Source: Nitrosarchaeum sp. (lineage in GTDB: Archaea > Thermoproteota > Nitrososphaeria > Nitrososphaerales > Nitrosopumilaceae). From it: a stretch of 64,000 bases of DNA. The notes under the pieces were generated by a model. It had not been told where the DNA came from. It saw only the letters and a program-made list of their open reading frames with translations, and did no database searches. Position numbers and translations under genes: made by a program. Positions within the stretch are counted from its first letter, which is position 1. Each line of letters opens with the position of its first letter. The stretch is from NCBI GenBank assembly GCA_965223865.1, contig OZ245020.1, forward strand, positions 576,001 through 640,000, read 5' to 3'. Positions 10,847 through 21,458 of this stretch are shown piece after piece.

Positions 10847-11398
10847 CTATTCTCTCAGTTTTATAAAATCACTGTTGCCAAAATTAGTTGAAAGTTTTCT
10901 TTCATCAATCCATGAACATTCTGTACATTTAATAGCATCCCGCATTTGTACAACTTTGCCACCACACTTTCTACATTTTGTAAATAATACTCCTAAAAAT
11001 GGTTCATCCATTGCCGCATGAATTGTACCATTAAGATGATTAACTATCTTTAAAGTGACAATGTCATTTACTAGTGCAACATTCTTTTTTCTAATGTTTC
11101 TAGTAGAACATACACATTCAACTTTGGATGTTGTAGGTTTTCTATTAATATAATCAATTGATACTGCAATCATTGAGGACATTACAGCTGCTACTGTACC
11201 AATAATAATATCTCCTGCTTTTGGTATAGACAACATTTTTGGATGTTTGATATTTGCAGTGCGAGTTGCTTTGTCAATGTCTTTTTCACCAACTGCTGCT
11301 GCTCTTACCATATCCCCGTCATCAAAGGTATTATATCCTGCCTCATATTCTTCAATTGCGGCTATTTTATCGCCAGGAAAAATGCTGGTCTCATACAT
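10847..11398 (-). CDS. csl4: Exosome RNA-binding protein Csl4
   Basis: PGDKIAAIEEY, S1 domain, C-terminal Zn ribbon CRKC...CTEC..ERKLS; start trimmed. Confidence 0.88.
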   Translation of the reverse strand: MYETSIFPGDKIAAIEEYEAGYNTFDDGDMVRAAAVGEKDIDKATRTANIKHPKMLSIPKAGDIIIGTVAAVMSSMIAVSIDYINRKPTTSKVECVCSTRNIRKKNVALVNDIVTLKIVNHLNGTIHAAMDEPFLGVLFTKCRKCGGKVVQMRDAIKCTECSWIDERKLSTNFGNSDFIKLRE

Positions 11399-11487
11399 AA
11401 TGTGAATTTTGATGCTATGATTATAATTGTTTGTGGTAATATTGACACCTTGGCAAATCATATATCTAGAAAAAATAGAGGCAAACC

Positions 11488-12558
11488 ATGAGAGCATTAG
11501 TATATGATCAATATACTACAGATGATAATTTTTCGAAAATTCTTAAAATAAAGGATCTTCCTGAACCAACACCAAAACCAGATGAAGTGGTTTTCAAGGT
11601 AAAAGCAGCTGCACTAAATTATGATGATATCTGGGGAATGAGAGGAAAACCTCTAGCTATTCCATTACCTCATATCTCTGGAACTGACGCTTCCGGCGAG
11701 GTTATTGCCATTGGTGATGATGTAAAAAATATCAAAGTAGGAGATAGGATTGTTTCACATGGAAATATGTCATGTCGTGTCTGTAAAGCATGTACATCAG
11801 GTAGAGAATTTGATTGTAAAAAGAGACGAATTTGGGGGTTTGAAACAGGTCCCCTATGGGGCGGATATTGTGAGGTTACACACCTTCCAGAAGTAAACGT
11901 TGTAAAAATTCCTGATGAAGTGAGTTATGAAGATGCAGCTGCTGCATCAATGACATTATTGACTTCATGGCATATGTTAGTTGGAAGAGCAAAGATTCAA
12001 CCTGGACAGCTAGTATTGATTATGGGTGGAGGTTCAGGTGTTGGAAATTATGGTATCCAAATTGCCAAACTATTTGGTTGTACCGTAATTGCAACTGCCA
12101 GCCCAGATAAATTGGATAAATTACTTGAGTTAGGTGCAGACTATGCAGTGGATCACAGAAATGAAGATTGGTATAAAGAGGTACGTAGTATTGCAAAAAA
12201 TATCCCAAAACCCTATGGAGACATTCCAGGTGTTGATGTAATTTTTGAACACATTGGCGGCTCGCATTGGAACAAAGAACTTACCTTGTTAAAGTATGGA
12301 TCAACAGTTGTCACTACTGGAGCAACAACTGGATATAATGCAAAAACAGATTTGAGACATATTTTTTTCAAGGGAATTAATATTCTAGGCTCAACTCAAG
12401 GCACACGAGCAGAATTAGAACAAGGATTATTTTGGATGTCCCAAGGTAAAATAAAATCCATTATTGATTCTGTTTACACTTTAGAAAATGCAGCTGAAGC
12501 ACACACAAAGATGCTTACAGGAAAAGGCCTATTTGGAAAAATTTTGATGAAACCTTAA
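11488..12558 (+). CDS. Zn-binding medium-chain dehydrogenase/reductase
   Basis: CRVCKAC..C structural Zn motif, GGGSGVG NAD(P)-binding motif; substrate not determinable. Confidence 0.9.
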   Translation: MRALVYDQYTTDDNFSKILKIKDLPEPTPKPDEVVFKVKAAALNYDDIWGMRGKPLAIPLPHISGTDASGEVIAIGDDVKNIKVGDRIVSHGNMSCRVCKACTSGREFDCKKRRIWGFETGPLWGGYCEVTHLPEVNVVKIPDEVSYEDAAAASMTLLTSWHMLVGRAKIQPGQLVLIMGGGSGVGNYGIQIAKLFGCTVIATASPDKLDKLLELGADYAVDHRNEDWYKEVRSIAKNIPKPYGDIPGVDVIFEHIGGSHWNKELTLLKYGSTVVTTGATTGYNAKTDLRHIFFKGINILGSTQGTRAELEQGLFWMSQGKIKSIIDSVYTLENAAEAHTKMLTGKGLFGKILMKP

Positions 12559-12559
12559 T

Positions 12560-13168
12560 TTGAATACAATGAACGATCCTAAAACAGATTCTATTTTAGA
12601 TGAGGCAAATAGATTATTTCTCAAAGGTAAAATAAGAGAAGCAATATCTTATTATGACAAAATTTTAGATACAAACCTAGATCATCTCAGTTCTCTTAAT
12701 AACAAAGGATATGCCTTAAGTAAACTCAAAGATTTTGATGGGGCTATGAAATGTTATGATGCTGCATTGAAATTGGATTCTTCTGATCTTTCGGTTTTAG
12801 TAAACAAAATATCTTCTCTTCGAAAAAAAGGAGATTTAGATGAAGCATTATCTTTTTGTAATGAAATTTTGAACAATAATCCAAATTACAAAATTGCTTT
12901 ATATCATAAAGAAAGAATTTTATTTTCTCTGAAAAAATTTGATGAATCAATAATTTGTTGTGATACTATTCTTTTAGACTATCCAAATAATGGAGATGTT
13001 CTTTATGACAAGTCATGTAATCTAGTAATGCTTTCTAAAGTTGAAGAGGGACTAGTTTCTCTTGAAAAGGCAATAACTCAGGGAACTCACTATAAAATAA
13101 AGGCTAAAAAATCAAAATTTTTTGTAAAATTAATTAATGATAAAAGATTTCAGAAAATAGTTTCATAA
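12560..13168 (+). CDS. TPR repeat protein
   Basis: Repeated NKGYAL/A...YD helical TPR patterns. Confidence 0.88.
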   Translation: MNTMNDPKTDSILDEANRLFLKGKIREAISYYDKILDTNLDHLSSLNNKGYALSKLKDFDGAMKCYDAALKLDSSDLSVLVNKISSLRKKGDLDEALSFCNEILNNNPNYKIALYHKERILFSLKKFDESIICCDTILLDYPNNGDVLYDKSCNLVMLSKVEEGLVSLEKAITQGTHYKIKAKKSKFFVKLINDKRFQKIVS

Positions 13169-13170
13169 TT

Positions 13171-14166
13171 TTATAGCCAATGAGGAATCTCTAGATAACC
13201 TTCAATACTCTCATTTCTCAAAATTTTCAAAAGTGCATTTGCTTGTGGGGTTGACAAAACAGGTTTATCAAATTGGTTGTCCGTAGAAATTCGTGGGCAT
13301 GCTACTTGAATAAACGCATCAATTCCCTTTAGATTGCTTAATCTTTCATTTGTAATATCAGTTAAGGCAAATAATTGGACAGATTTTCCTTCTTTTTCAA
13401 GTTCTTTTTTAAATTTAAGCGCAAAAACTTTAGAGAGTTGGCCCTCTTTGAGACCAACAATCACGCCAAATGATTTAGCTTCTGCTGCTTTGTAAATCGC
13501 AAGAGTAGCTTTTCGCTTCAATTTCTGCGCAAAATCCGTTATTTCTCTTACCTCATTAAAATATGGATCTAGAACATATGTTGGTTTGTTTGTAGACAAT
13601 GCAATTCCTGAAGCATGAAAATTACTTTGTCCTAAAAAGACATAGGCATTAACTTCATCTTTTAATTGAATTGCTGGATAAAATTCACAACCAAATACTT
13701 GGCCGTCATTTAATTGTCCTTTACCTTTACCGATTTTTACTTGGATTCCTCCATTGGTTAAAATTTTATTAACTTTATCAACTTGATGCAAATGCTGACT
13801 ATCTGTAACTAAAGAAATTTTTCTACCCTTTAGCATTTCAACACATTTCTTTGCAACCTTGTCAAATTCAACATCATCAAATGCATCAATTAATAGTACA
13901 TTTTTTTCAAATGACTCCATGTTTATTGTGTGACCTATATTAAATTGGATTTCGGCACCAAGAACTTTTGAACCATTCGAGTTCAAATCACAAGTACCCC
14001 ACGTTGTATCTGCTAAAATATATGCAGGAATCCCAAACTTTTCTGTAATTCTCATTGCAGTGTCTTGCACTTGAGACAAAATTCCATCAGGACCATTCAG
14101 AGATACTGATGCTGGTTTTTTTGATTCAATCTCATTGAAAATACGTTCTTCATCTATTACTATCAA
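13171..14166 (-). CDS. dph2: Diphthamide biosynthesis enzyme Dph2
   Basis: WGTCD, GQVFGC and ACPR Fe-S cysteine motifs. Confidence 0.93.
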   Translation of the reverse strand: MIVIDEERIFNEIESKKPASVSLNGPDGILSQVQDTAMRITEKFGIPAYILADTTWGTCDLNSNGSKVLGAEIQFNIGHTINMESFEKNVLLIDAFDDVEFDKVAKKCVEMLKGRKISLVTDSQHLHQVDKVNKILTNGGIQVKIGKGKGQLNDGQVFGCEFYPAIQLKDEVNAYVFLGQSNFHASGIALSTNKPTYVLDPYFNEVREITDFAQKLKRKATLAIYKAAEAKSFGVIVGLKEGQLSKVFALKFKKELEKEGKSVQLFALTDITNERLSNLKGIDAFIQVACPRISTDNQFDKPVLSTPQANALLKILRNESIEGYLEIPHWL

Positions 14167-14249
14167 GTTAACTTTGAAGGTATTGATATTAATTTAAACC
14201 AACTGGGTTTTACAACAACTAAAAATGCCTGAAATTCTAACTATAAATT

Positions 14250-15578
14250 GTGAAGTCTAGGAGGACTCTTACTATTGGTTTTGATGATACTGATTCACCA
14301 AAGGGTATGTGTACAACTTTTTTAGCCTACAAGATTGTTGATGAACTAAAAAAAGAAAACTCAGAATTATCAGATTTTCCAAATCTTATCAGATTTAATC
14401 CAAATATTCCATGGAAAACACGAGGAAACGGTGCAGTCTCTATGCGTGTACTGACAAAAAATCCTTCTAAAATAAAAAACAAAATCAAAAATCTTATTGA
14501 AAAATATTCTGATATTAAAAACGGTGCTAATCCTGGTCTTGTTTTTTATGAAAATGAAACTATTCCATCTGAATTTACAGAATTTAGCAAATTAGCATTG
14601 TGGCAATTAATTAATAGAAATTATGCAAAAAAATTTGCATCAAAAAATAATCTTGAATTTTTTTACCGTGGTAATGGTCAAGGTCTGATTGGGGCAATAG
14701 CTGCTATAGGATATCATTTTGATGACTATACCTTTGAATTACTTAGTTATAGAAAAAATTCTAAATTTGGAAAAGAAAGAATAATTTCGGCTCAAAGTGT
14801 TAAGGATATGCAAGAAAAAACTTTGCCCTACACATTCAATAGTTTTGATACCAAAAAGGGTAGAATTTTGATCACACCGCATGGACCTGATCCTGTTTTT
14901 TATGGAGTAAGAGGTGAGAATATTGATTCACTGTTACTTGCTACTAAAATTTTGAAACCTAAAGAAAAGTTAGCAGGACATATGATCTTTAAATCAAATC
15001 AGGGGACAGGTGATCATCTAAAAAACGAACTTGATGTGAATAATCTCAAACCATATGCATCTGGAAAAATTACAGGATTTGTTTCAAACAACCCAAAAAT
15101 TCTAAAAGGGGGTCATGTATTTTTTTCTGTTTTGTCAAACTCAAATGAAATACCTTGCGCCGTTTACAGGCCAACAGGTATTACTTCCATCGCCCAATCT
15201 TTGATAGTAGGTGATAAAATTTGTATTGGAGGCGGAATCAAAAAGGCAACAAAGAAATATCCTAGAACCTTAAATGCAGAATTTTTAGAAATTCTTGCTC
15301 TAAAAAAGATTCTTCGAGAAACGAATCCAATTTGTAACAAATGCAATAAAAAAATGAAATCAAAGGGAAGAAACCAAAATTTTCAATGTATAAAGTGTGG
15401 CTCAAAACTCTCAAAAAAACAAATTTTGGAGATTCCAAGAAATATAAAAAAACAATTGTACATTCCTATAATTACTGCACATAGGCATCTTACAAGACCT
15501 CAACAACGACTAGGAATGATTAATAAAAATTCAAAATTTGATGAATCTTCTTCGTGGTTTTGCGTGTATGGAAATTAA
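14250..15578 (+). CDS. tiaS: tRNA(Ile2) agmatinylcytidine synthetase
   Basis: DDTDS..GMCTT, NPNIPWKTRGN, TPHGPDPV, SNQGTGDH, C-terminal Zn ribbon and HLTRP. Confidence 0.95.
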   Translation: MKSRRTLTIGFDDTDSPKGMCTTFLAYKIVDELKKENSELSDFPNLIRFNPNIPWKTRGNGAVSMRVLTKNPSKIKNKIKNLIEKYSDIKNGANPGLVFYENETIPSEFTEFSKLALWQLINRNYAKKFASKNNLEFFYRGNGQGLIGAIAAIGYHFDDYTFELLSYRKNSKFGKERIISAQSVKDMQEKTLPYTFNSFDTKKGRILITPHGPDPVFYGVRGENIDSLLLATKILKPKEKLAGHMIFKSNQGTGDHLKNELDVNNLKPYASGKITGFVSNNPKILKGGHVFFSVLSNSNEIPCAVYRPTGITSIAQSLIVGDKICIGGGIKKATKKYPRTLNAEFLEILALKKILRETNPICNKCNKKMKSKGRNQNFQCIKCGSKLSKKQILEIPRNIKKQLYIPIITAHRHLTRPQQRLGMINKNSKFDESSSWFCVYGN

Positions 15579-15579
15579 A

Positions 15580-15669
15580 TAGCGGGGAGTAGATTTGAAC
15601 TACTGATTTGCGGGTTATGAGCCCGCCGGGATGACCTAGTCCTAAATAGTCTGACTTCCCCACCCCGCT
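15580..15669 (-). tRNA. Initiator tRNA-Met(CAT) with a ~15-nt D-loop intron (15636-15650)
   Basis: AGCGGGG/CCCCGCT acceptor (A1-U72), GCGGG-CTCATAA-CCCGC anticodon arm, TTCAAAT T-loop; removing the BHB-like insert gives a 75-nt tRNA. Confidence 0.92.
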
Positions 15670-15751
15670 GATTCAGAAATGAGGGTGGGCCGTATATACG
15701 CTTTATCAAATTCTTGAAAGTAATTAATAGGATTTTAGAAGATTTGTTTTT

Positions 15752-16846
15752 GTGGATAAAAAACTTCGAATAGCTGCAATAGCTGCTGCATTGGCTTTTT
15801 CAGCATTTATCTTAACATCTCCTTCTGATCCTTTACCTATTCCTGAACCCACGTTTTCTAAATCAGACAATGATTCTGTCTTAATATTGGCAGAAAATCT
15901 TGATTCGCCTCGTTCAATTGCCGTTTCAGAGAACAGAGTTTTTGTTACAGAAAAAGATGGATTAATTCGAGTTATTCAGGATAGCAAACTGTTAGATGAA
16001 CCACTTGCTACACTAAGAACTGCAAATGTCTTTGATGGGGGATTATTAGGAATAACACTTCATCCAAATTTTTCGGATAATCACTTTCTTTATGTATTTT
16101 TTACATATGAAGAAAATGGAAAACTATGGAACAAAATTTTACAGATAAAAGAATCTGAAAATAAATTAGTTGATGCCAAAACAATATTTGATAAAATTCC
16201 TGGCTCAACATTTACAAATGGTGGATTCTTAAAATTTGGACCAGATAAGAAATTATATGTTGGCACTGGAACTATTTCTGATTCTTCACATCTTCCTCAA
16301 GAAATAGATTCACTATCTGGAAAAATTTTGAGATTAAATGATGATGGAAGCATTCCTAAGGACAATCCCTTTTCAGATTCACCCGTATTTACTTTGGGAC
16401 ATAGGAATCCACAAGGAATGACGTGGGATAAGGAAGGAAATATGTTTCTAGCAGAACTTGGACCAGAAAAAAATGATGAAATTAACCTTCTTAAACCAGG
16501 AAAAAACTATGGTTGGCCTGAACAACAATGTTCAGGGTATGACCAATTTGAAAACTCAATAATGTGTTATGATCCAAGTATTGAACCTGCTGGAATATTG
16601 CATTATTCAGAAGATAAGATTGACTTGGAAGCCTCATTTGTTATGGCATCACTTCGAGCAACTAATCTATACCAACTAGATTTTGAGGAAGGGTTAAACT
16701 CCCAAAAAACAATCCTTAGTGGAATAGGAAGAATACGTGATGTGGCACAGGGCCCTGATGGTAGTCTTTATGTAATAACTTCTAATACGGATGGAAAAGG
16801 TTTTCCAGATAGTAATGATGATAAATTATTGAGGATAACGAAATAA
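15752..16846 (+). CDS. PQQ-dependent sugar dehydrogenase (GSDH family), exported
   Basis: Signal anchor; GGLLGITLHP, GKILR, GHRNPQG, NYGWP, GRIRDV. Confidence 0.92.
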   Translation: MDKKLRIAAIAAALAFSAFILTSPSDPLPIPEPTFSKSDNDSVLILAENLDSPRSIAVSENRVFVTEKDGLIRVIQDSKLLDEPLATLRTANVFDGGLLGITLHPNFSDNHFLYVFFTYEENGKLWNKILQIKESENKLVDAKTIFDKIPGSTFTNGGFLKFGPDKKLYVGTGTISDSSHLPQEIDSLSGKILRLNDDGSIPKDNPFSDSPVFTLGHRNPQGMTWDKEGNMFLAELGPEKNDEINLLKPGKNYGWPEQQCSGYDQFENSIMCYDPSIEPAGILHYSEDKIDLEASFVMASLRATNLYQLDFEEGLNSQKTILSGIGRIRDVAQGPDGSLYVITSNTDGKGFPDSNDDKLLRITK

Positions 16847-16847
16847 A

Positions 16848-18104
16848 ATGCAAGACTCATCAATCTCAAAGTTTTTTGAAAAATCAAGAAAGGAGAGATT
16901 AGATATTGTTAAAAATTTTTCAAATTTATCTGAAGAAGAATTAAAAATTTTACAAGGTAATGATGGTGGAATCTCATTTGAAAAAGCAGACAAGATGGTA
17001 GAAAATGCAATAGGAACTTTTTCTCTACCTCTGGGTATTGCCACTAATTTCAAGATTAATGGTAAAGACTACGTAATTCCCATGGTTATTGAAGAGCCTT
17101 CTGTAATTGCTGCTGCATCAAAAGGTGCCAAAATTGCTAGAATAAAGGGGGGATTTGAGATAAGTACTGACGAATCTTACAGTATAGGTCAAATCCAAGT
17201 ATTAGATGTTGATGTATCAAATGGAATTAAAAAAATTCAAGAATCCGAAAAAGAAATACTTGAACTTGCAAATTCCAAAAGTAACACCCTATCAAAAATG
17301 GGAAAAGGTGCAAAAGAAGTCTCTTGCAAAGAAATTGATACTCCTTTAGGAAAAATGTTGATTGTTGAGCTCTTAATTGATGTAGGAGATGCTATGGGTG
17401 CAAATGTCACAAACACCATGTGTGAAGGTATAGCTCCACTAATAGAAAAAATTACTGGAGGAAGAACATTACTACGTATTCTTTCTAATTATTCTACACG
17501 AAGAATAGCAAAAGCGAAAGCAGTGTTTGATAAAGATGCAGTTGGTGGAGAAGAAGTTGTTGATAATATTTTGATGGCATTTGAATTTGCCGATAATGAT
17601 GTTTACAGAGCTGTAACTCATAACAAAGGGATAATGAATGGAACAATTGCAGTTGCAAATGCAACTGGACAAGATAGTAGAGCGATAGAAGCTAGTGCCA
17701 ATGCTTACGCTGCTAGATCTGGACAGTATAGATCCTTGAGCAAATGGACTAAAGATAAAGAAGGAAATCTTGTTGGACACTTAGAATTGCCACTTTCAGT
17801 TGGTATTATAGGAGGAATAGCAAATGTTCATCCAATAGCAAAAATTTGTACAAAAATACTAGGAGTTACCTCTGCTAAAGAATTGGCAGGCGTAATGACT
17901 GCAACTGGACTGGCACAAAACTATAGTGCAATCAGAGCATTGGCCACTGAAGGAATTCAGAAAGGACATATGCGGTTGCATGCTAGGAATCTAGCTGCAG
18001 CTGCAGGCGCTAAACCTGAACAGATTGATCAAATTGTCCAAAAAATGATTGAAGAAAAGAAAATTTCTCTTGACAATGCCAAAGAATTGTTAGAGCAAAT
18101 TTAA
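16848..18104 (+). CDS. HMG-CoA reductase, class II
   Basis: ENAIG, EEPSVIAA, DAMGAN, THNKG, GIQKGHMRLH. Confidence 0.96.
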   Translation: MQDSSISKFFEKSRKERLDIVKNFSNLSEEELKILQGNDGGISFEKADKMVENAIGTFSLPLGIATNFKINGKDYVIPMVIEEPSVIAAASKGAKIARIKGGFEISTDESYSIGQIQVLDVDVSNGIKKIQESEKEILELANSKSNTLSKMGKGAKEVSCKEIDTPLGKMLIVELLIDVGDAMGANVTNTMCEGIAPLIEKITGGRTLLRILSNYSTRRIAKAKAVFDKDAVGGEEVVDNILMAFEFADNDVYRAVTHNKGIMNGTIAVANATGQDSRAIEASANAYAARSGQYRSLSKWTKDKEGNLVGHLELPLSVGIIGGIANVHPIAKICTKILGVTSAKELAGVMTATGLAQNYSAIRALATEGIQKGHMRLHARNLAAAAGAKPEQIDQIVQKMIEEKKISLDNAKELLEQI

Positions 18105-18127
18105 ACATCCAATTATATAGATAAAAA

Positions 18128-19120
18128 ATGAAAACCCAAACTATGTCTCAAGTAAAATTTGCAATACCAAAAGGTAGTCTAGAGGAGGCTACTTTTAAAA
18201 TACTAGAAAAATCCTGGACTAAAGTTAATAGAAAAAGTAGAACCTATCGTGTTTATCTTGATGATCCAAATATTATTGTAAAAATGCTAAGACCTCAGGA
18301 AATTCCTACCCTAGTTTCAGAAGGACTCTATGATGTTGGGATTACTGGAAAGGATTGGGTTGGAGAAACTAAAGCAGACGTTGAACCAATTTTAGATTTA
18401 GAGTATGGAAAAATCAGACTAGTGATAGCATTTCCTGACAAATATAATTACAAAAATCTTGATTCAATGATTGCAGATTACGCAAAAAAGAAAAAAATTC
18501 TACGGATCTCATCAGAATATCTTACTACAGCTGCCAAATTTTTAAAACAATGCAAATCATACAAAAAATATTTTGGAAACAAAGAACCATTGATAGTAAC
18601 TCCATGGGTTAGATTAGGTTCTAACAAAGATGTCCAAATTCATTTATCCTTTGGTGCAACAGAGGCAAAACCTCCAGAGGATGTAGATGCAATCATGGAT
18701 GTCACTGAAACAGGCACTACACTAAAGCAAAATAAATTAAAAATCATAGATGAAGTTCTAACATCTACTGCACACTTGATAGTAAACAAAAAATCTCTCA
18801 AGGATCCTAAAAAAAGAGAAAAAATATTTGATATCATTACTTTAATGCGAGGTGCAGTACATGGAAGAAAGTATCTTCATATTTACCTAAATGTAGAAGA
18901 AAAAAATCTCAAGAAATTATTATCTCAGATGCCCTCTCTGAAAACCCCTACAATCAGTCCCCTTAGCGAAGATGGATGGTATGGAGTGAATACTGTAATC
19001 AAAAAAGATGAATTTCACAAACTTATCCCGAAAATGAGAAAAATTGCACAGGGATTGGTTGTTCATGAGCCTCGTCAGATACTGGAATTAGAGGAGATAA
19101 AGCGTGATGAAGAGAATTGA
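18128..19120 (+). CDS. hisG: ATP phosphoribosyltransferase (long form)
   Basis: AIPKGSL, RPQEIP, GATE, ETGTTL, C-terminal PTISPL domain. Confidence 0.95.
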   Translation: MKTQTMSQVKFAIPKGSLEEATFKILEKSWTKVNRKSRTYRVYLDDPNIIVKMLRPQEIPTLVSEGLYDVGITGKDWVGETKADVEPILDLEYGKIRLVIAFPDKYNYKNLDSMIADYAKKKKILRISSEYLTTAAKFLKQCKSYKKYFGNKEPLIVTPWVRLGSNKDVQIHLSFGATEAKPPEDVDAIMDVTETGTTLKQNKLKIIDEVLTSTAHLIVNKKSLKDPKKREKIFDIITLMRGAVHGRKYLHIYLNVEEKNLKKLLSQMPSLKTPTISPLSEDGWYGVNTVIKKDEFHKLIPKMRKIAQGLVVHEPRQILELEEIKRDEEN

Positions 19121-20391
19121 TGAAGATAATACGCGTATCTGATATTGAAAACTTTGTAGACAAAGTTTCTCCAAAACAACCTCAAAAAAATAAATCTATA
19201 ATAGAACCAATCCTAAAAAATGTTAAAAAAAAAGGCGACTCTGCTATCAGAAAATACGAAAAAAAATTCAATAATGTTAACCTTACTGCATTACAAGTAA
19301 CCAAAAATGAAATCATTTCTGCATATTCTAAAACAAGTAAAGATCAAATCCAAGCAATCAAAATGGCAAAAAACAGGATTCAAAAAACTGAAACTGCGGT
19401 AAGATCAATATTAAAAAACCAAACTATTAAAACAGATGGCATAAAAATTTCAAAAAAATTTTTACCTATCAAGAGTACTGGCTGCTACATTCCAGGAGGA
19501 TTAGCAAAATATCCAAGTTCTGCAGTGATGTCTGTAATTCCTGCAAAGGTGGCTGGAGTTAAAAGAATTGTAGTTGTATCTCCTCCTGATTCTGATGGAA
19601 AAATAGATCCTCTTACAATTGTTGCAGCAGATATTTGTGGTGCAACTGAGATTTACAAGGTGGGTGGAGCTCACGCAATTGCAGCATTATCATATGGAAC
19701 AAAATCAATTTCCAAAGTTGACAAGATTGTGGGACCTGGAGGCGCATTTGTGACAAATGCAAAATCTTTGATAAGTAGTAGAACCTCAATTGATATGTTA
19801 GCTGGACCCACAGAATTAGGAATAGTTGCAGATTCTTCTGCAAATCCAAAATATGTTGCACTAGATCTTATTTCTCAATCTGAACACAGTAAGGATACTT
19901 TTTGTTATTTAATTACAAATTCTGAAAAATTAGCAAAATCCGTTAACAAAATCGTGTCGGAACTTATCCCAAAAATTAAAAGAAGTGATCTTGTTAAAAC
20001 AAGTCTTAAACAGAATGGGTTTATTGCTATTTGTAAGAATAGATCTGAAATGATTAAACTTGCAAATGAGTTGGCACCTGAACACTTACAGGTAATGACT
20101 AGAAATCCACAAAATTTATCATCTAAAATAACTTCCCCCGGATTAATTCTTTTAGGAAACGAGACTCCCTCTTCAGCCAGCGATTATCTTTTAGGTTCAA
20201 ATCATATTCTTCCAACAAATGGATTTGGAAAGACTCGAGGCTCACTTTCTGTTTTAGATTTTATCAAAACAAGTACCTATGTTACAAATTCAAAATCATC
20301 CCTGAAAAAAATCTCAAAATATCTTGATATACTTACAAATGCAGAAAATTTGCCAAATCACTATGAAGCGGTACGTGGTAGATTAGAATGA
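19117..20391 (+). CDS. hisD: Histidinol dehydrogenase
   Basis: GCYIPGG, DKIVGPG, IDMLAGPTE, SQSEH, APEHL, GSNHILPT. Confidence 0.96.
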   Translation: MMKIIRVSDIENFVDKVSPKQPQKNKSIIEPILKNVKKKGDSAIRKYEKKFNNVNLTALQVTKNEIISAYSKTSKDQIQAIKMAKNRIQKTETAVRSILKNQTIKTDGIKISKKFLPIKSTGCYIPGGLAKYPSSAVMSVIPAKVAGVKRIVVVSPPDSDGKIDPLTIVAADICGATEIYKVGGAHAIAALSYGTKSISKVDKIVGPGGAFVTNAKSLISSRTSIDMLAGPTELGIVADSSANPKYVALDLISQSEHSKDTFCYLITNSEKLAKSVNKIVSELIPKIKRSDLVKTSLKQNGFIAICKNRSEMIKLANELAPEHLQVMTRNPQNLSSKITSPGLILLGNETPSSASDYLLGSNHILPTNGFGKTRGSLSVLDFIKTSTYVTNSKSSLKKISKYLDILTNAENLPNHYEAVRGRLE

Positions 20392-21458
20392 AAAAGAATT
20401 GGGTTGAAAAGAAGGTAAAAGAATTTTTGTTGATTGGTGGCTATAAAAAACCAGAATTACATCAAGATGTTCTAAAATTAGATTCCAATGAAAATTATGT
20501 AATACCTAAACAATTTCAATCTGATTTAATTTCTACAGCTAAAAAAAATTCTGATGTAAGAGAATATCCACTAGGAGGAGTAGAACGTCTAATTCAAATG
20601 ATTTCAAAATTTATCAAAGTTCCATCATCAATGATTGGTGTTGGAAACGGCTCTGACCAAATTCTCGATTTAATACTATCTAATTTTGCATCAAAAGAAA
20701 CCAGGGTATTAACATCGAATCCTACATTTGGTTTTTTTGAAGAAAGATGTAAATTGTATTCTATACCAATAATTACAATTCCATTTTCAAACAACATGAC
20801 TCTGGATATTCAAGAATTTCTAAAGCAATCAAAAAATGCTGATATTTTGTATTTAGATACTCCAAATAATCCAACAGGTTTTCAGTTCTCAAAACCCGAT
20901 TTAACAAAATTAGTAAAATCATTTAATGGATTGGTGATAATTGATGAAGCATATGGTGAATTTAGCGATTATTCTTTGTCAAGTATGGTAAAAACCCAAA
21001 ATAACCTAGTTGTTGTTCAGACACTCTCAAAATCTTTTGGATTGGCTGGCTTGAGACTAGGATATTTTATTGCAAATAAGGAATTTACTGCGGCATTTAA
21101 TCAAGTACTGCAATATCCATATCCATTAACCACTTTAACTATCGAATCAGGAATTCTAGGATTAGAAAAATCAGATCAAATGAAGGATGCAGCAAATACT
21201 GTTAAACTAGAAAGAAAAAGAATTATTGAAAATCTAAGAAAGTATGATGCCTTTGAAGTATTTGATTCCAAGTCCAATTTTGTACTTTTTGATGCACATG
21301 GTTCCTATCAGAGAGTATATTCAGCATTAATTGAGCAAGGAATTGCAATTAGAAAGCTCGGAAAAATAGGAAAACACGAAGGATGCTTGAGAGTTACAAT
21401 AGGAACCAAAGAAATGAACTCAAAATTTTTACTTGCAATTCGTGATTTGTTAGGATGA
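20388..21458 (+). CDS. hisC: Histidinol-phosphate aminotransferase
   Basis: LDSNEN, NGSD, PNNPTG, IDEAY, TLSKSFGLAGLRLG. Confidence 0.95.
   Translation: MKKNWVEKKVKEFLLIGGYKKPELHQDVLKLDSNENYVIPKQFQSDLISTAKKNSDVREYPLGGVERLIQMISKFIKVPSSMIGVGNGSDQILDLILSNFASKETRVLTSNPTFGFFEERCKLYSIPIITIPFSNNMTLDIQEFLKQSKNADILYLDTPNNPTGFQFSKPDLTKLVKSFNGLVIIDEAYGEFSDYSLSSMVKTQNNLVVVQTLSKSFGLAGLRLGYFIANKEFTAAFNQVLQYPYPLTTLTIESGILGLEKSDQMKDAANTVKLERKRIIENLRKYDAFEVFDSKSNFVLFDAHGSYQRVYSALIEQGIAIRKLGKIGKHEGCLRVTIGTKEMNSKFLLAIRDLLG

Noticed and set aside
15580-15669. tRNA-Ile2(CAU) assignment suggested by adjacency to tiaS
   Set aside because: A1-U72 and consecutive G-C pairs in the anticodon stem indicate initiator Met
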